From: Azolla caroliniana
Taxonomy: Eukaryota > Plantae > Polypodiophyta
NCBI GenBank assembly: GCA_043228905.1
Contig: JBHGNT010000017.1
Location: 18,228,001 to 18,292,000, forward strand
DNA: 64,000 bases
Reading direction: 5' to 3'
A model generated the notes under the pieces. The model ran no database searches and was not told where the DNA came from. It saw nothing but the letters and a program-made list of their open reading frames with translations. Each line of letters begins with the position of its first letter. Position 1 is the first letter of the stretch. Below are positions 50,088 through 64,000 of the stretch, piece by piece. Position numbers and translations under genes: made by a program.

Positions 50088-52952
50088 ATGAGGACACCCT
50101 CTCTTTTTGCTTGGCTCTCTGGAATAACATCATATCACATAATATATCCATCCTCGGAAGAGAAGAATCGAGCGCTTTTCCAAGAAGCTCTCATGAAAGA
50201 TGCACATTACGCCCAGGCACCTCTTGTTGAAGTCCTTCCCACAACTGTGAGTGTGCAAGTGCCCTTATATCTAAAGATCCATTTTCGAGTTGCTTTTGCC
50301 TGCTCCTGACATTTTCTCTTTGTCTGTTTCACACTAGTTCATGCCTGGTTTTGATGTTGTTTTTGGTGATAATTAAATTTGATTGCCTTTGCACGCTAGT
50401 TATATGATTATTTGCATTTGTACCTGCTTTTGGTGCTGTTTTGGTGTCATCAATTTGATAAATTTAATGTAGAAACATAACCTGTGACAGGTTTCCAGCT
50501 TCGCAGGGAAATTTATAGCAGATAAAATCAATTTAGAAGGCGGTGTCACTTTATTAAAGGTAGCAAATGCATTGTTTGTTAACTTAAGTAGTTCTTGAGT
50601 GGAGCCTAAGATCATTAAGTTTTCAGGGACGAGTAAATGGCAATGTGGAGAACTTTGCTGGAAGTTTTGAAGGTATTGCATCCACTTCACCCTTGTTTCC
50701 ACTCACACATTTATTTTGAGTGCTGCAACCAACCTATTCAATTGTCACATATGTGAGAGGCAGGGTATGGAGGGTTTAGGGAATATGTTTTTCAACAAAA
50801 TATTCTTTGAAAACATTGGGATTTGCAATATGCAACATTCTTTAGAATGGAGTCAAACTCTTATTAACCCCGTCCTTGTTTCTGTGTTGTTGTAATGGTC
50901 CTAAATAATTTGACATGTCTTTCTGTTAATAAGTCTGTCATTTCAGATCATGGAATTTGAGTGCACTACTATTAAATTGGGATTTAATATGTTCTTCAAT
51001 CCATCAAAGACCTTTATAACTCCATTATTGATCAAGGATTTCACTAACCAACATTGTGTCAAGGTCCAACATGCTCTTCAGGCGTTTTAAAGAACTATGA
51101 AATCTATATGTAAGGTTCAACATGTATATAAATATACACATGCTCTTCAACAATTGGAAGGAAAAGATGGACCATATCTATGTTCTCTTCGTTCATTGCT
51201 CCTAGTTGACTTAAATGTCACTTTGCTGACATTCTTTTTATGTGTTTTTACCTCATACTGAGGTTTTGCTCCAGCAATACAAGTTTATTAAACCAACATG
51301 CATGTGCTCTCACACTCAAAACTGTATAGAACTCTCCTTGCTGAGCATCTCATCTTATGGATCTGCAGGAAGTCTAAGGCTGTCTAAATGTGCTATTGAG
51401 CTCGTAAACACGTTGCATTATGAAATTCAGGATGGACAGCTCTCATTCCGCGGCAAGAGAGTATTAGAGGTTTGATTCATTTGTTTATGCATAATACATT
51501 CAGAACTTGATTCAAGAGTTATTTTAAAGTGTTGTTTTAAATGAGTTAAGGTTTTCTATGTTGTTATGAACAGCTTGGATGTGGCCATGGTCTACCTGGA
51601 GTCTTTGCTTGTTTGAAGGTTAGCATCTGCAGTTCCATATTCTCATAGAATTCACTGCTTTGCTATCCATACGTTTATACTAAATGATTCGGCGTATTCA
51701 GGGAGCATCGGTGGTTCACTTCCAGGACCTCAATGCTGAGGTCTTAAGATGCCTGACAATTCCCAATGTGAGAGCTAATCTAGATTTTGCCAAGTCTAAG
51801 CATACCTATTATGGTCACGATGCTGGACAAACAAATATGAAGATCAGCAAACTGGTTGAACCAGAGGTTCGCTATTACGCTGGGAGTTGGGGAGAAATGG
51901 AGAAGATGCTATCAGTCGTGAAATTGGATGGAGAGATTCTAACATGTGCCAATGACGAGCTTGAAGGTGGATATGATACCAAAAGGAAGCTACAATCTGG
52001 AACTCGTGCTTGTGATAGAGGAGACCCATCCGGAAGCCTTGAGGGTGGATATGATATCATCTTGATGTCAGAGGCAGTTTATTCCCTTCTCTCACTACCG
52101 AAGTTGTACGACTTGATTATGAAGGTAAACCGTGTCTACTATTTCTAAGGTCTTATTCTCAGTACAGCAGGATTAAGAGCAGGAAAATGTGTTGGTCCAA
52201 TCAGAACCTTAACATTTTAAAATACCCATTCACATTAAGCTATGGAAGAAACAATATTATCTTCTATTTATACCTCCAACATCACCATTTTATGCCTAGG
52301 AAATCGGGATACCTTCAGCAGAAAAGTCTTTTGGGTGGAGGGGGTGCCTCTTTTTGAGATGTGTTACTTTATGTTTGCTTGACTGCTATATATCTTGGTC
52401 TTAGAAATATTTCATTCATTCTTTCGTGACGGTTTATGTGGAGAAGATAGACTGCAAAAGGTAAAAAAGATTATGTACTACTACTGGTGTGGTTTTTCTT
52501 CCACCTGGAAGTGGTCAATAGCTAAATCTAGGTCAGTGAAAGCAACCTAATCAAGCCCTCGCATTGCAAGCCATATGTGTTTTGGAATTGAAGGTTCCTG
52601 GACTGCCCCTATTAGAAAAGGAATATGAACCTTTTTAATGTGCTGATTCCGAGTTTTGATGTGATAGCAGTGTCTGAGGCCTTATGGAGTTGTATACTTA
52701 GCTGGCAAAAAGCACTCCTATGGATCTGGAGGAGGGACCCGACAATTCAAATGTATTGTTGATGCCGATGGTATGATATATGCACTTTTAGATATATTGT
52801 TTCTTCTTCAGTTCTATTTGCATATGTTTTTTCTTTTCATCAAATCATAACCTATGCATTGTTATACAGGTCTTTTGGGAACGCGTCTTGTTGCGGATTT
52901 TACAGAAAGTACCTTCAACTCCAAGGAAATATGGAAATTCTTTTATCGGTGA
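50088..52952 (+). CDS. Histidine protein methyltransferase 1-like (HPM1/METTL18 family SAM-dependent methyltransferase), 8 coding exons
   Basis: MRTPSL..., LSFRGKRVLELGCGHGLPGVFACLKGASVVHFQDLNAEVLRCLTIPNV, GGYDIILMSE, YGVVYLAGKKH..GGGTRQF, EIWKFFYR; phases checked at the 5' exons. Confidence 0.88.
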
Positions 52953-55204
52953 CGTGAATCGTACACAAATGAGAGCTAATTCTATTGATATTCGGTTTCC
53001 ACGTTTTGAGACCATTGAGTCATTTTGTTTATATAGTGAATCCTCACCTGCAGCAATTCAAACATGTAGATAAACACATAAACATTATTATTTATCTGTA
53101 GTGTTACTCCCGACTCTCAAGAGAACATGGGAGCATAGTGCAAAAGATTAGTTTTTGGTTACACATAGGGTAGTGGAAAGTAGAAGTCAAGGTTGTGTCT
53201 TTTCTAGGGCTGTTTTGTACGCGTTAGAAAAGTCTCCACCTTATTCTATGGAGCATTAAACCTCCAAATTGAGTTTATTTATTTATTTTCCACTTAATCT
53301 TTTTGGTGTATCTGTCCACTGATTTGTGTTCTCTAATGCATGCAATCTAATGTGAAGGACATCTGTTTATGTGTTCTCTATTCTATGTAAGCGAATGTGA
53401 AAGAATGCTTTCAACTATTGAAGATGGCTTGTTATCCTTGATTGCTCGATCTTTGCCACAACCACAGAATTTCAATGTTTTAACATACATATCCTTCCTA
53501 CGGCTGGATGATGAACCTCTAGACAGTCGTTGGATCAACTTTTAATGGATGCACAATATTTAAAATAGGATGGCTGCTCAAATTATGTTTGACATGTGCA
53601 CTGTGTTTTCTACTCCTTGAAGGTAGAGACATTTCATGTTTTTGTTCCTTAAAACACCAGCTACTTGTTAGGTGTTGGTACTAAGTATACAACATCATTA
53701 GCTATCTCTTAGTTAGATGCAATAGCTATTGGGTAGCACTAGGTATACACTATTTTGTTGGAACTAATTATGAACACCAATGGCAACTTTTTGCATACTT
53801 TGTACCTCGAAAGGTTATAGCAATCCATAGAAGGATCTGATGATAATGAAGCACGGAATATGCATCGCGTGGCCAATTTCGGAAGCTAATTCTATTATCC
53901 ATTCATATTTATTTGAGGCAGCATCAAGACTATACACTTTCAATTGATAGGGTTTCTTTTATGGCCATTAACTTGCTTCTTGCTTTGGAACACGTGTATG
54001 AATCAATGTACTTATTAATAATAATTCTGTATTTAGTTTGATTCTATTTCTCATATATTTCAATTCAATCATGAATATATTAAGAGAGTGGTTTAAACGG
54101 ATAGGATTCTTGGAACTGTTCAGTTGCTTAGGAATTACAAAGGAAATCAATGTTATTGCATGGGTAAATCCATGTCTTTAAAGGAAGTATTTGGTTTCCG
54201 AGATAGCCATTCCAATATCTTTGAATCTTGCGCTATCGATAATAAAACATCCTCGAAACATTGGATAATCTCCATTTTATAAGCATCCGCCAATTCAATA
54301 TGTATACATTTCATATGCATGACTGACTTTTTTTTCCTAGTGTGTAGCAATCAAGAAAGCGAAAATGTTACAATTAGATTACCTAAGGCGTCCTAGCCAA
54401 AAACAATTTTATAAGATTGAGATATATTAGTTAGTAGTTTCCTACCAATAAATAATGACTAAAATGGTAAAGTTTCATTGCCTTCTAATTCTGTTAACCG
54501 AAGGAAATCCTCGTCATGACTCAATGTTAATTAATTTAAATGAATGGGAATGTTCAGCATAATGTATGTTGATAAGTGTGTTTCTTTGTTGCAAGATTGG
54601 TGCCTCGAGATGAACACTTAACGCAATCCAAGGTCACACCATAAAATGGTTTCTAACTACTTAAAGTTGAATTTATTAGCCTTACATTATATACATGTAC
54701 CTTTAGCAAATGAAGCAGTAACAATTTCTACGCTAATATCGAGAAATTCAATAAATCTATCATAACATCCAAAAATCCAAATAGATTTGTCCCCATGATA
54801 CTCAAATGTTCATTCATCACATTTTGCAATTGTGTAAGAATAGAACCACATCAAACAAATGTTCCATTATGCATTAGTGCTTCACTACAAGTTCAACCAA
54901 TAAACAATACTTTTGGTTGCAATTTTCTCATTTGGAAGCAATTTTTGTGGTGTTAACTTGGTGTTGTGATGTTCATCCCTTCTACATTACAAGTTTATCA
55001 CTTCATTGAATTGTAATTTGTGTCATTCATATGTAAGGACTAAAAGTATGGAGATCAACCTATTAATTCGCTTCGACTAAGCTAAATCAAAGATATAAGG
55101 CTCTAGAGATTAGACTCTCTATGCAATCAATACCCTAAATGAGGCTCATAACTAACACGAAACACCTAAAAGAGGTAGATTTGTATCCATGGCAAAACCT
55201 ATTT

Positions 55205-58200
55205 GGAGATGATGATAGCCACGAGTAGCACTAGTGGGTGCGCACATGTTGACCCTATATAGAAATTTAATGTAGGTGTACATTATGGCATAAATGTCTT
55301 AACCTTGGCCAATACGATGTTTGTTATTGGACTACATGCTTATTTGTAGCCTAATTTAACCCTTTAATATTGTGGTTGTGGTTAAGTATACGAGATAATG
55401 GCTAAAAGTATGCCCATCAACTCATATCCCATCATGTGGTGTGATCAGTTATGAACCATGATAATTGAAGGTCAATCGACATATTAGTGCGGATATGACT
55501 ACTTTGTAGATCAACATCAAATTCCAAGGTACTCTCCTATTACATTGGACATACGATTCTAGGAAGATATGATGCCAAACACAATTGATAATGGGTATTC
55601 GATTGCTAGCAAGCCGCAAAATCTTATATTTTACCTCAACTTCTCATTAATTCAAGTCTCTACCTATTTCTTAATTAGTTGCTAATTGTGATTAGTTAAG
55701 CAACATGAAGCTCAAATCCTTGCACTTAACTACCCAATGATTATTGGTAAAAAAAGGAAAGCCGACAATATGTACTATGGTTCTATGTGAAATGTGCATT
55801 TGTGATAGAACCATGATCAAAAGAATTGTTTTTTTTTTTGGGGGGGGGAGAGGGGCATTTGCATCGAGATACCTAAACAACACTCTAAACAAAAGGGATG
55901 ATAAAGGCCAAATGATAGAGTCCAATCATCAAAATAAAATATTGATGAAGCCTTAGGGTCTAGAGAACAACATGTAGTGACTCGTGAGTGAAGTTTAAAG
56001 AAAGCATGCATATGACTAGGGACAAAGCGATAGTGTTGTGTGGTCTCCTTCAACAAAACCTTGTTAAATTTTTGAGCTTGGTGATCGAAAATATTTAAAC
56101 ATATTACATGTTGAAGCACAAGAAGGAAGTTTTGCCTCTAAACATCATACAATTGAGACTTTAGACATTCACATTGATTAGTGCGCGTGTATTCATGAGT
56201 TTTCTTTATGAAAATGCTTAAAATTGGGTGTATAAACTGCATGATGTAGTGGTAAAGCTTATGCTTCACAACTTGAACGATGGATTTAACAACGTCTTCA
56301 TAATAGCATTAGATTTATTAAAGGAAATTTCCCCAATACTTAGGGAGACAAAGAGCCGAAAGAGGAGAGAGTATCATGCCATGAATTTGTCAACAATAAC
56401 CTATAAACAAGGGGTTGAGACAAGGGCTTCTCGAGGCCCAATACTTGGCAAGACGAAGGGCCCAAAGGCAGAATACACAACCATGAATTTGTCGACAATG
56501 ACAAGCTATAAATAGGGGCCTTGAGACAAGGGTGCCTCAAGGACCATGTTGCATCGTCCATACTCCCCGCTAGAGGGTCTCTAATAAGGAGAACTCGTCA
56601 ACATAAGGCATTGAATCTACACAATGAAGATGAAAGAGCATGTTGTCCGAGTAGCAAGGAGAAGAAACGGGAGTGGGGAGGGAGGCAGTTTAGAGAAAAG
56701 GGCTCCTTTGAGGGCCCACCGTACATTGTCCAAACACTCAGATATCTAATAAGATGATATTGTAAACAAGATACATTGAAGTCATGCAACTAAGACGAAA
56801 GTTGGTTTCATGTGAGCTTTCTAATAAGAAGATATTGTCAATAAGAGGCATTCAAGTCATGTAAAAGAAGACAAGAAGTTAGTCTCATGTGTGCAATAAA
56901 GAGAACTTTCCCAGTTTGGACATTAATGAACTAAACTCTAGAAGCAAGTTTATATTCTTTGAGTAGCAAAGAGAATTATCCTCTCTTGGACAGTAGTGTG
57001 CTAGACCAGATTATTGGGGTGGGGTGGGGGGACATCGTCTATTTGTGCGCACCAAAGATAAGTTTATCAGCACGCCAATGTGCCAAACTCTAGACAAAAC
57101 ATTGTCTTGTGCACACAATAAAGACAAGTTTTGTGGATAATCCTAGGTTCGGCAAGGGGCAGAGGCAATGAAAGAGCACACGCTAGAGAGCCTAGATACG
57201 AGGTAGAGCCGAGAAAACAATAACACACTTGAGCCGCCAATGACGAGAGTCGAGATCAAATGGCATCGGAGCGAAACTACCCCAATGGTACCTGGCAATC
57301 CAATGGCACCCCTGACCGACACATGTATTAGCCGCCGTGAGAGGTGGGAGATGATGATAGCCACGAGTAGCACTAGTGGGTGCGCACATGTTGACCCTAT
57401 ATAGAAATTTAATGTAGGTGTACATTATGGCATAAATGTCTTAACCTTGGCCAATACGATGTTTGTTATTGGACTACATGCTTATTTGTAGCCTAATTTA
57501 ACCCTTTAATATTGTGGTTGTGGTTAAGTATACGAGATAATGGCTAAAAGTATGCCCATCAACTCATATCCCATCATGTGGTGTGATCAGTTATGAACCA
57601 TGATAATTGAAGGTCAATCGACATATTAGTGCGGATATGACTACTTTGTAGATCAACATCAAATTCCAAGGTACTCTCCTATTACATTGGACATACGATT
57701 CTAGGAAGATATGATGCCAAACACAATTGATAATGGGTATTCGATTGCTAGCAAGCCGCAAAATCTTATATTTTACCTCAACTTCTCATTAATTCAAGTC
57801 TCTACCTATTTCTTAATTAGTTGCTAATTGTGATTAGTTAAGCAACATGAAGCTCAAATCCTTGCACTTAACTACCCAATGATTATTGGTAAAAAAAGGA
57901 AAGCCGACAATATGTACTATGGTTCTATGTGAAATGTGCATTTGTGATAGAACCATGATCAAAAGAATTGTTTTTTTTTTTTGGGGGGGGAGAGGGGCAT
58001 TTGCATCGAGATACCTAAACAACACTCTAAACAAAAGGGATGATAAAGGCCAAATGATAGAGTCCAATCATCAAAATAAAATATTGATGAAGCCTTAGGG
58101 TCTAGAGAACAACATGTAGTGACTCGTGAGTGAAGTTTAAAGAAAGCATGCATATGACTAGGGACAAAGCGATAGTGTTGTGTGGTCTCCTTCAACAAAA

Positions 58201-59488
58201 CCTTGTTAAATTTTTGAGCTTGGTGATCGAAAATATTTAAACATATTACATGTTGAAGCACAAGAAGGAAGTTTTGCCTCTAAACATCATACAATTGAGA
58301 CTTTAGACATTCACATTGATTAGTGCGCGTGTATTCATGAGTTTTCTTTATGAAAATGCTTAAAATTGGGTGTATAAACTGCATGATGTAGTGGTAAAGC
58401 TTATGCTTCACAACTTGAACGATGGATTTAACAACGTCTTCATAATAGCATTAGATTTATTAAAGGAAATTTCCCCAATACTTAGGGAGACAAAGAGCCG
58501 AAAGAGGAGAGAGTATCATGCCATGAATTTGTCAACAATAACCTATAAACAAGGGGTTGAGACAAGGGCTTCTCGAGGCCCAATACTTGGCAAGACGAAG
58601 GGCCCAAAGGCAGAATACACAACCATGAATTTGTCGACAATGACAAGCTATAAATAGGGGCCTTGAGACAAGGGTGCCTCAAGGACCATGTTGCATCGTT
58701 CATACTCCCCGCTAGAGGGTCTCTAATAAGGAGAACTCGTCAACATAAGGCATTGAATCTACACAATGAAGATGAAAGAGCATGTTGTCCGAGTAGCAAG
58801 GAGAAGAAACGGGAGTGGGGAGGGAGGCAGTTTAGAGAAAAGGGCTCCTTTGAGGGCCCACCGTACATTGTCCAAACACTCAGATATCTAATAAGATGAT
58901 ATTGTAAACAAGATACATTGAAGTCATGCAACTAAGACGAAAGTTGGTTTCATGTGAGCTTTCTAATAAGAAGATATTGTCAATAAGAGGCATTCAAGTC
59001 ATGTAAAAGAAGACAAGAAGTTAGTCTCATGTGTGCAATAAAGAGAACTTTCCCAGTTTGGACATTAATGAACTAAACTCTAGAAGCAAGTTTATATTCT
59101 TTGAGTAGCAAAGAGAATTATCCTCTCTTGGACAGTAGTGTGCTAGACCAGATTATTGGGGTGGGGTGGGGGGACATCGTCTATTTGTGCGCACCAAAGA
59201 TAAGTTTATCAGCACGCCAATGTGCCAAACTCTAGACAAAACATTGTCTTGTGCACACAATAAAGACAAGTTTTGTGGATAATCCTAGGTTCGGCAAGGG
59301 GCAGAGGCAATGAAAGAGCACACGCTAGAGAGCCCAGATACGAGGTAGAGCCGAGAAAACAATAACACACTTGAGCCGCCAATGACGAGAGTCGAGATCA
59401 AATGGCATCAGAGCGAAACTACCCCAATGGTACCTGGCAATCCAATGGCACCCCTGACCGACACATGTATTAGCCGCCGTGAGAGGTG
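55205..59488. repeat. Near-perfect 2,142-bp direct tandem duplication (55205-57346, 57347-59488)
   Basis: Duplicated ORF pairs offset by 2142; only about 5 differences seen by eye. Confidence 0.97.
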
Positions 59489-59576
59489 GGAAGATGACAA
59501 CAGAGACAATGCACATCGGGGCCCATCACTTCTTGCAAGCAGAGGGTAGAGGGTAGAGGAAGAGGATCTCTTTATC

Positions 59577-59985
<409 letters not shown>

Positions 59986-60094
59986 CCTTCTCTCTCTCTT
60001 TCAAATTCAGTCTCTTCATCGCCTCCATCTCTGTTTCTCTGTACAGTCTCTCTCTCTCTCTCTGTTTTCTTCTTCTTCTTCAGAGCTCGCGGCT

Positions 60095-63000
60095 ATGGTG
60101 CCCTCCTCTGTTTCTACCCCCCTCGCCGAAGCGCTCGAAGAAGAGCAGTCCCTCGACTCCATGGCCAGCTATGGCGACTCTTGTTGTAATACAAGAGTCG
60201 GGAACTCCGACAACCTCGCCCTTCACGTCTACAGCAGGCTTGCAAAGCTCCACAAACACGCCATGATTCCTCACCTCCCTCGTGTCATGGCTTCTGTGTT
60301 GTCTTCCCTCTCCGTCTCCCCGCGCCTGCACCAAGCCTGCTCAGAGGTTGTCTCCTCTCTTGCCTCACACACCATTGATCCCGCCCGGAATCCCACCTCC
60401 AACGAAGAAGCCCTCAGATCTCTGTGTAGACCCCTCCTCTCCTCTCTGTCTTGCCAAAACCTGTTCCTTTCCGCTGGCTCTGCTTCGTGCCTCACAGCTT
60501 TGGTCGAATCAGATCCATGGAGATGTGCCCCTCTTGACCTTCAAGAGCTGCTCTGCGCGAGAGGAACCATGGCTCTCGAGCTTCATCTAGAGCTAGATCA
60601 AGAGAATGTGAACTACCTCTCTGTTTCTCTCTTGTGTCTGATGACATCCCTCGCAGAGCTCAGTAGCAGTATTGTTATCCAAGGCTATGGAGCTCGCTTA
60701 CTCAGGATAGCTATGGAGATTCTGCAGAGTTCTTCATCTCCATCATCTTCTTCCTGGGAGAAGAGAGCTGCTTCTGCAAAGCTTCTGGAGAGTATACTTA
60801 AAGTCGTGGATTCTGATCTGCTTGATCTTGATCTTAGCCCTATCATGGGAGCTTTAGAAGGACATAAAATGGCTGGAAATCATCCCTCTTCGTCCCATTA
60901 TTCTCCAACGAAGCCCCTCCAACCTTCTCGGAAACACAACATTTCTCTGTATTCTGGCTCAAATTTTCATAATCTGCGCACTATCCTGCCGGTTTCTGGT
61001 ACCATTCACTGTCATGAACGCAATGACTCTCGGACTTCTGATACAGTCCTTCATTACACTCCACAACATGAGTCCAATCTCAAATCTTCAGCACTTTACA
61101 TTTCTTCGCCACTCAAAGAAGATTGCAATCACATTGTGGAAGATAATCAATTGAAGGAAAAAGAAAACGAGGAGCCTCTGCGGCTTAATGCTGGACGAAA
61201 TCGCTTCTGCCGACGAAAGAAGCTCCATAAGTATTCTAAGCCCGTGTTAAATCGTAATGCTCGTATGTCTGGTTTGTTACTATCGGGCAATTGCCAAAAT
61301 GGAAGGGTTCCAGACAGCTCATTCGGAAAGAATTCTATTTGTACGACGGAGGTCTGCCCTGATGACGATGATCAATTTTGTCTCTCTACCATAGATCGAT
61401 GCATGCTACAAAGCGATGAAGCAAAGGACGGTCACAACTTCAATGTTTTCAAAGAGGCAAAAGTGCTTAATGAGAATGAGAAGTTGTATTCTCCAGTTAG
61501 TGACAACTGTGAAAGCGGCATCAGCTCTGAACACGGATCTCCGCAGGTATGTATTCAGATGTATCATGTCATGCAAACCACACATTTGTGCACATGTCAT
61601 ATACTGACAAATCATTGATATATGTAGTGGGCACATATACTTTCTCATTTCACACAGAAATATGCATACACATATCATATACTAATATACATGAACACAT
61701 TACGTATGTAGTATTTGTACATACATGTGCATGTCCTGTGCAACAGTAACACATATTTGTATGCATGTGACCTACATTAATGAACATACGTTCATGTACA
61801 TGTCATATATTTATAGACACGCACCCTCTTGCACATTGGCTTACTTCATTGCTAGCAATCATATGTTTTTGAAAAATGGAGCTGTTAGTGTTTTCATGCA
61901 GGCTCTTTTGATTGCTTACGTGTTTAATAAGCATAATGACCAGTGAAAAATTAAGCATACAAACACCACACATTAGGAGCCTATTGTGATTGATCTGACA
62001 ATGAATTGTAATGTCCATAGTCACATGGAACATATTTTGTGGCATGGGATTAGAATGTCGTCCCTGTTATGACGTGAGGAACTCAAGAAGGGAAATCCTT
62101 GATAGGGACCAGAAAACCTTATTATGTACTCAGCACGATGATTAATGATACAAGAAATTATCTAATGAACAATAATTTTGTGCTCATTTCATGTGGTACT
62201 AGTATCATACTTTCCAAAATAGGATCAAATTCCCAGTGGATTATGGTTCATCAGTTTGTTTTTGTTCATGTCCGGTGATACTAGTATGGTGCCGTTTACA
62301 CACACTAAGAGCAAAATCCAGTGGATTATGATGCATGGAATTCCCATGTGATACTACCTTCATGCCTTTTGCAGATTAATGAGCTACTTTCTGAGGATAT
62401 GCTTTCGACTCCAACTGAGCAGATACAAAGAGATGACCATGCATCTACTTCTGAATGGGAGGAACAAGGTTCAGTTTGTTCTGATCTGGATCCCTCGTGT
62501 GAGCATCGGCATGAAAGCCCATTGTCAAGTGGTTATGAGTATTCAACAATAGAAACAGTTACACAAGCATCGGATATAACCCCACAAGAACCAGATACTG
62601 CCTCACACATGTTCGAATTTTCTCCGGATTTGCATGCAGGGATTAGGTATGCCGGATACTATGGGAAGTCCCAAACGTCGGATCAGGATTCAAATCCAGG
62701 AAGTCAATATTCCAGGTATTCGGATGAGGATGATTATGTTCAGGTTAACTCCCCTATTTCTCAAGCATCAAATCAGTCCCTTGGGAGAAGGTATGCAAAA
62801 GGCAATGACAGTGTTAGTTCACATGATTCATTGATCCTGGGAAATAGTGACTTGAAATCTCCTCTTTTGACTCAAACAAACCCTTCTACTAAGGCTGATG
62901 ATAGTACTATCAATACTACTGAGGTTGGGTCTGTTGTTTCTGTAAATTGTGTGATTATACTTCGTGCTCCAGAACAGAAGTCCATCATCAAATCTACTCC

Positions 63001-63151
63001 AAGGACCATCCTTGGTTACCTTATAATGCTCTTGAGGAAAGCAAAGATCTGTATAGAGCTATCCTTTTCTCTTTTCATCATATGTATAGTAGCATTTCAT
63101 CTGATTGAATACCTGTCTGATGGCCGGGAATTGTCCCTGGTACCTACTTAA
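60095..63151 (+). CDS. SINE1: SINE1/SINE2-type ARM-repeat outer nuclear envelope KASH protein (exons 60095-61546, 62375-63151; ~742 aa)
   Basis: N-terminal LHQACSEVV..IDP..SLCRPL..AGSASCLTALVESDPWR and KRAASAKLL resemble SINE1 ARM repeats; C-terminal hydrophobic helix then LVPT-stop (plant KASH tail); phase-0 GT-AG intron. Confidence 0.82.
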
Positions 63152-64000
63152 GACTCTATTTGTATATTATAAAGTGGATTTATGCTGCATTGGCTATGTA
63201 TCTTCGAGATTATGGTAGCCGCCTAGAGTGGCTGCTGTAAAGACAATTATGAATCGCCTTTCTTAGCACTAGTTGTGATGAATATTTATTCTGTTATGTG
63301 GTCAAAAACATTAAACCAGTGCACATGATTGTATTTCACTGACCGTATGTTTCTAACATATGAGGTGTATCTACATAGACTGCTAGCTAGTGTGAAGAGC
63401 TCCTAAGTATGTTTTTATAATCCTGGCCAATATATGTTGGGAGGATACGTCTTCTTATATTTATGATTGGGTTATTCTTTTAAATCCCAATTGCTTAAAA
63501 ATCTCATATAAATGTTTATGGACTTCCATACACCTTTGTATGAATATCATACAATGGCTCTGGCTATTTACTGGAATTTTATCAAATGACTCCATTTACT
63601 AGTGTTATAATTTTCAATATGAAAACATGCCTAGAAATTTACATTACTAATATGTTTTTACTTTGTTACTTACATCTGGTCTTACTGTTTCTTTGCCTTA
63701 TCCTTGGGTAACAATAAATCTGCCACCTTTAATCCTCACTATTATTAAAAATACCATAACAAATGAAATAAAGACGTAGCATGTATGGCATAATGTGCAG
63801 TGACTGTTTGAAAACTACTCTTCCATATGTGTATACTATTGGCGAGGAGGTGGTTTATTCAGTAAGCCATTAATCACAATACAATGGCATAACATGAAGG
63901 CACTGTGTTTGTAAGCTACACCATCTAATATGTATACTAGTGATGGGGGGAGGCAATGTATATATTCAATAAGCATTAATCACAATACAACTGAACAAAA

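Noticed and set aside
27571-52952. Sulfur-metabolism gene cluster (GGCT2, CBL, SAM methyltransferase)
   Set aside because: Housekeeping genes of different pathways and compartments interleaved with BET1; no evidence beyond proximity
53850-54350. Possible coding relic on the minus strand (also 31622-31882)
   Set aside because: Short, frame-broken ORFs with no motif I can recognise

Overview
Eukaryotic (land plant, probably non-seed such as a fern; inferred) nuclear DNA in two halves. Positions 1-26 kb are a nested transposon block: LINE fragments, an intron-containing DDD-type (Sola-like) DNA transposase, a degraded Tork-like copia (A) carrying two complete copia elements (B, C), a gag-only non-autonomous LTR element nested in B, and several solo or partial LTRs. 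Positions 27-64 kb are gene-rich, with five spliced genes: ChaC/GGCT2, BET1 SNARE, cystathionine beta-lyase, HPM1/METTL18-like methyltransferase and a SINE1/2-type ARM-KASH protein. This half also holds a gypsy relic, intronic TEs, a near-perfect 2,142-bp tandem duplication and a ~400-bp alternating purine-pyrimidine microsatellite. The most notable observation is that two diverged but related LTRs (TGTCGTGA... termini, 4-bp GCGT-type target duplications; a tRNA-Trp PBS follows the nested element's 5' LTR) each carry an antisense tRNA-register A-box/B-box module inside the LTR, reminiscent of the 5S module in Cassandra elements. All calls were made by eye without database searches.
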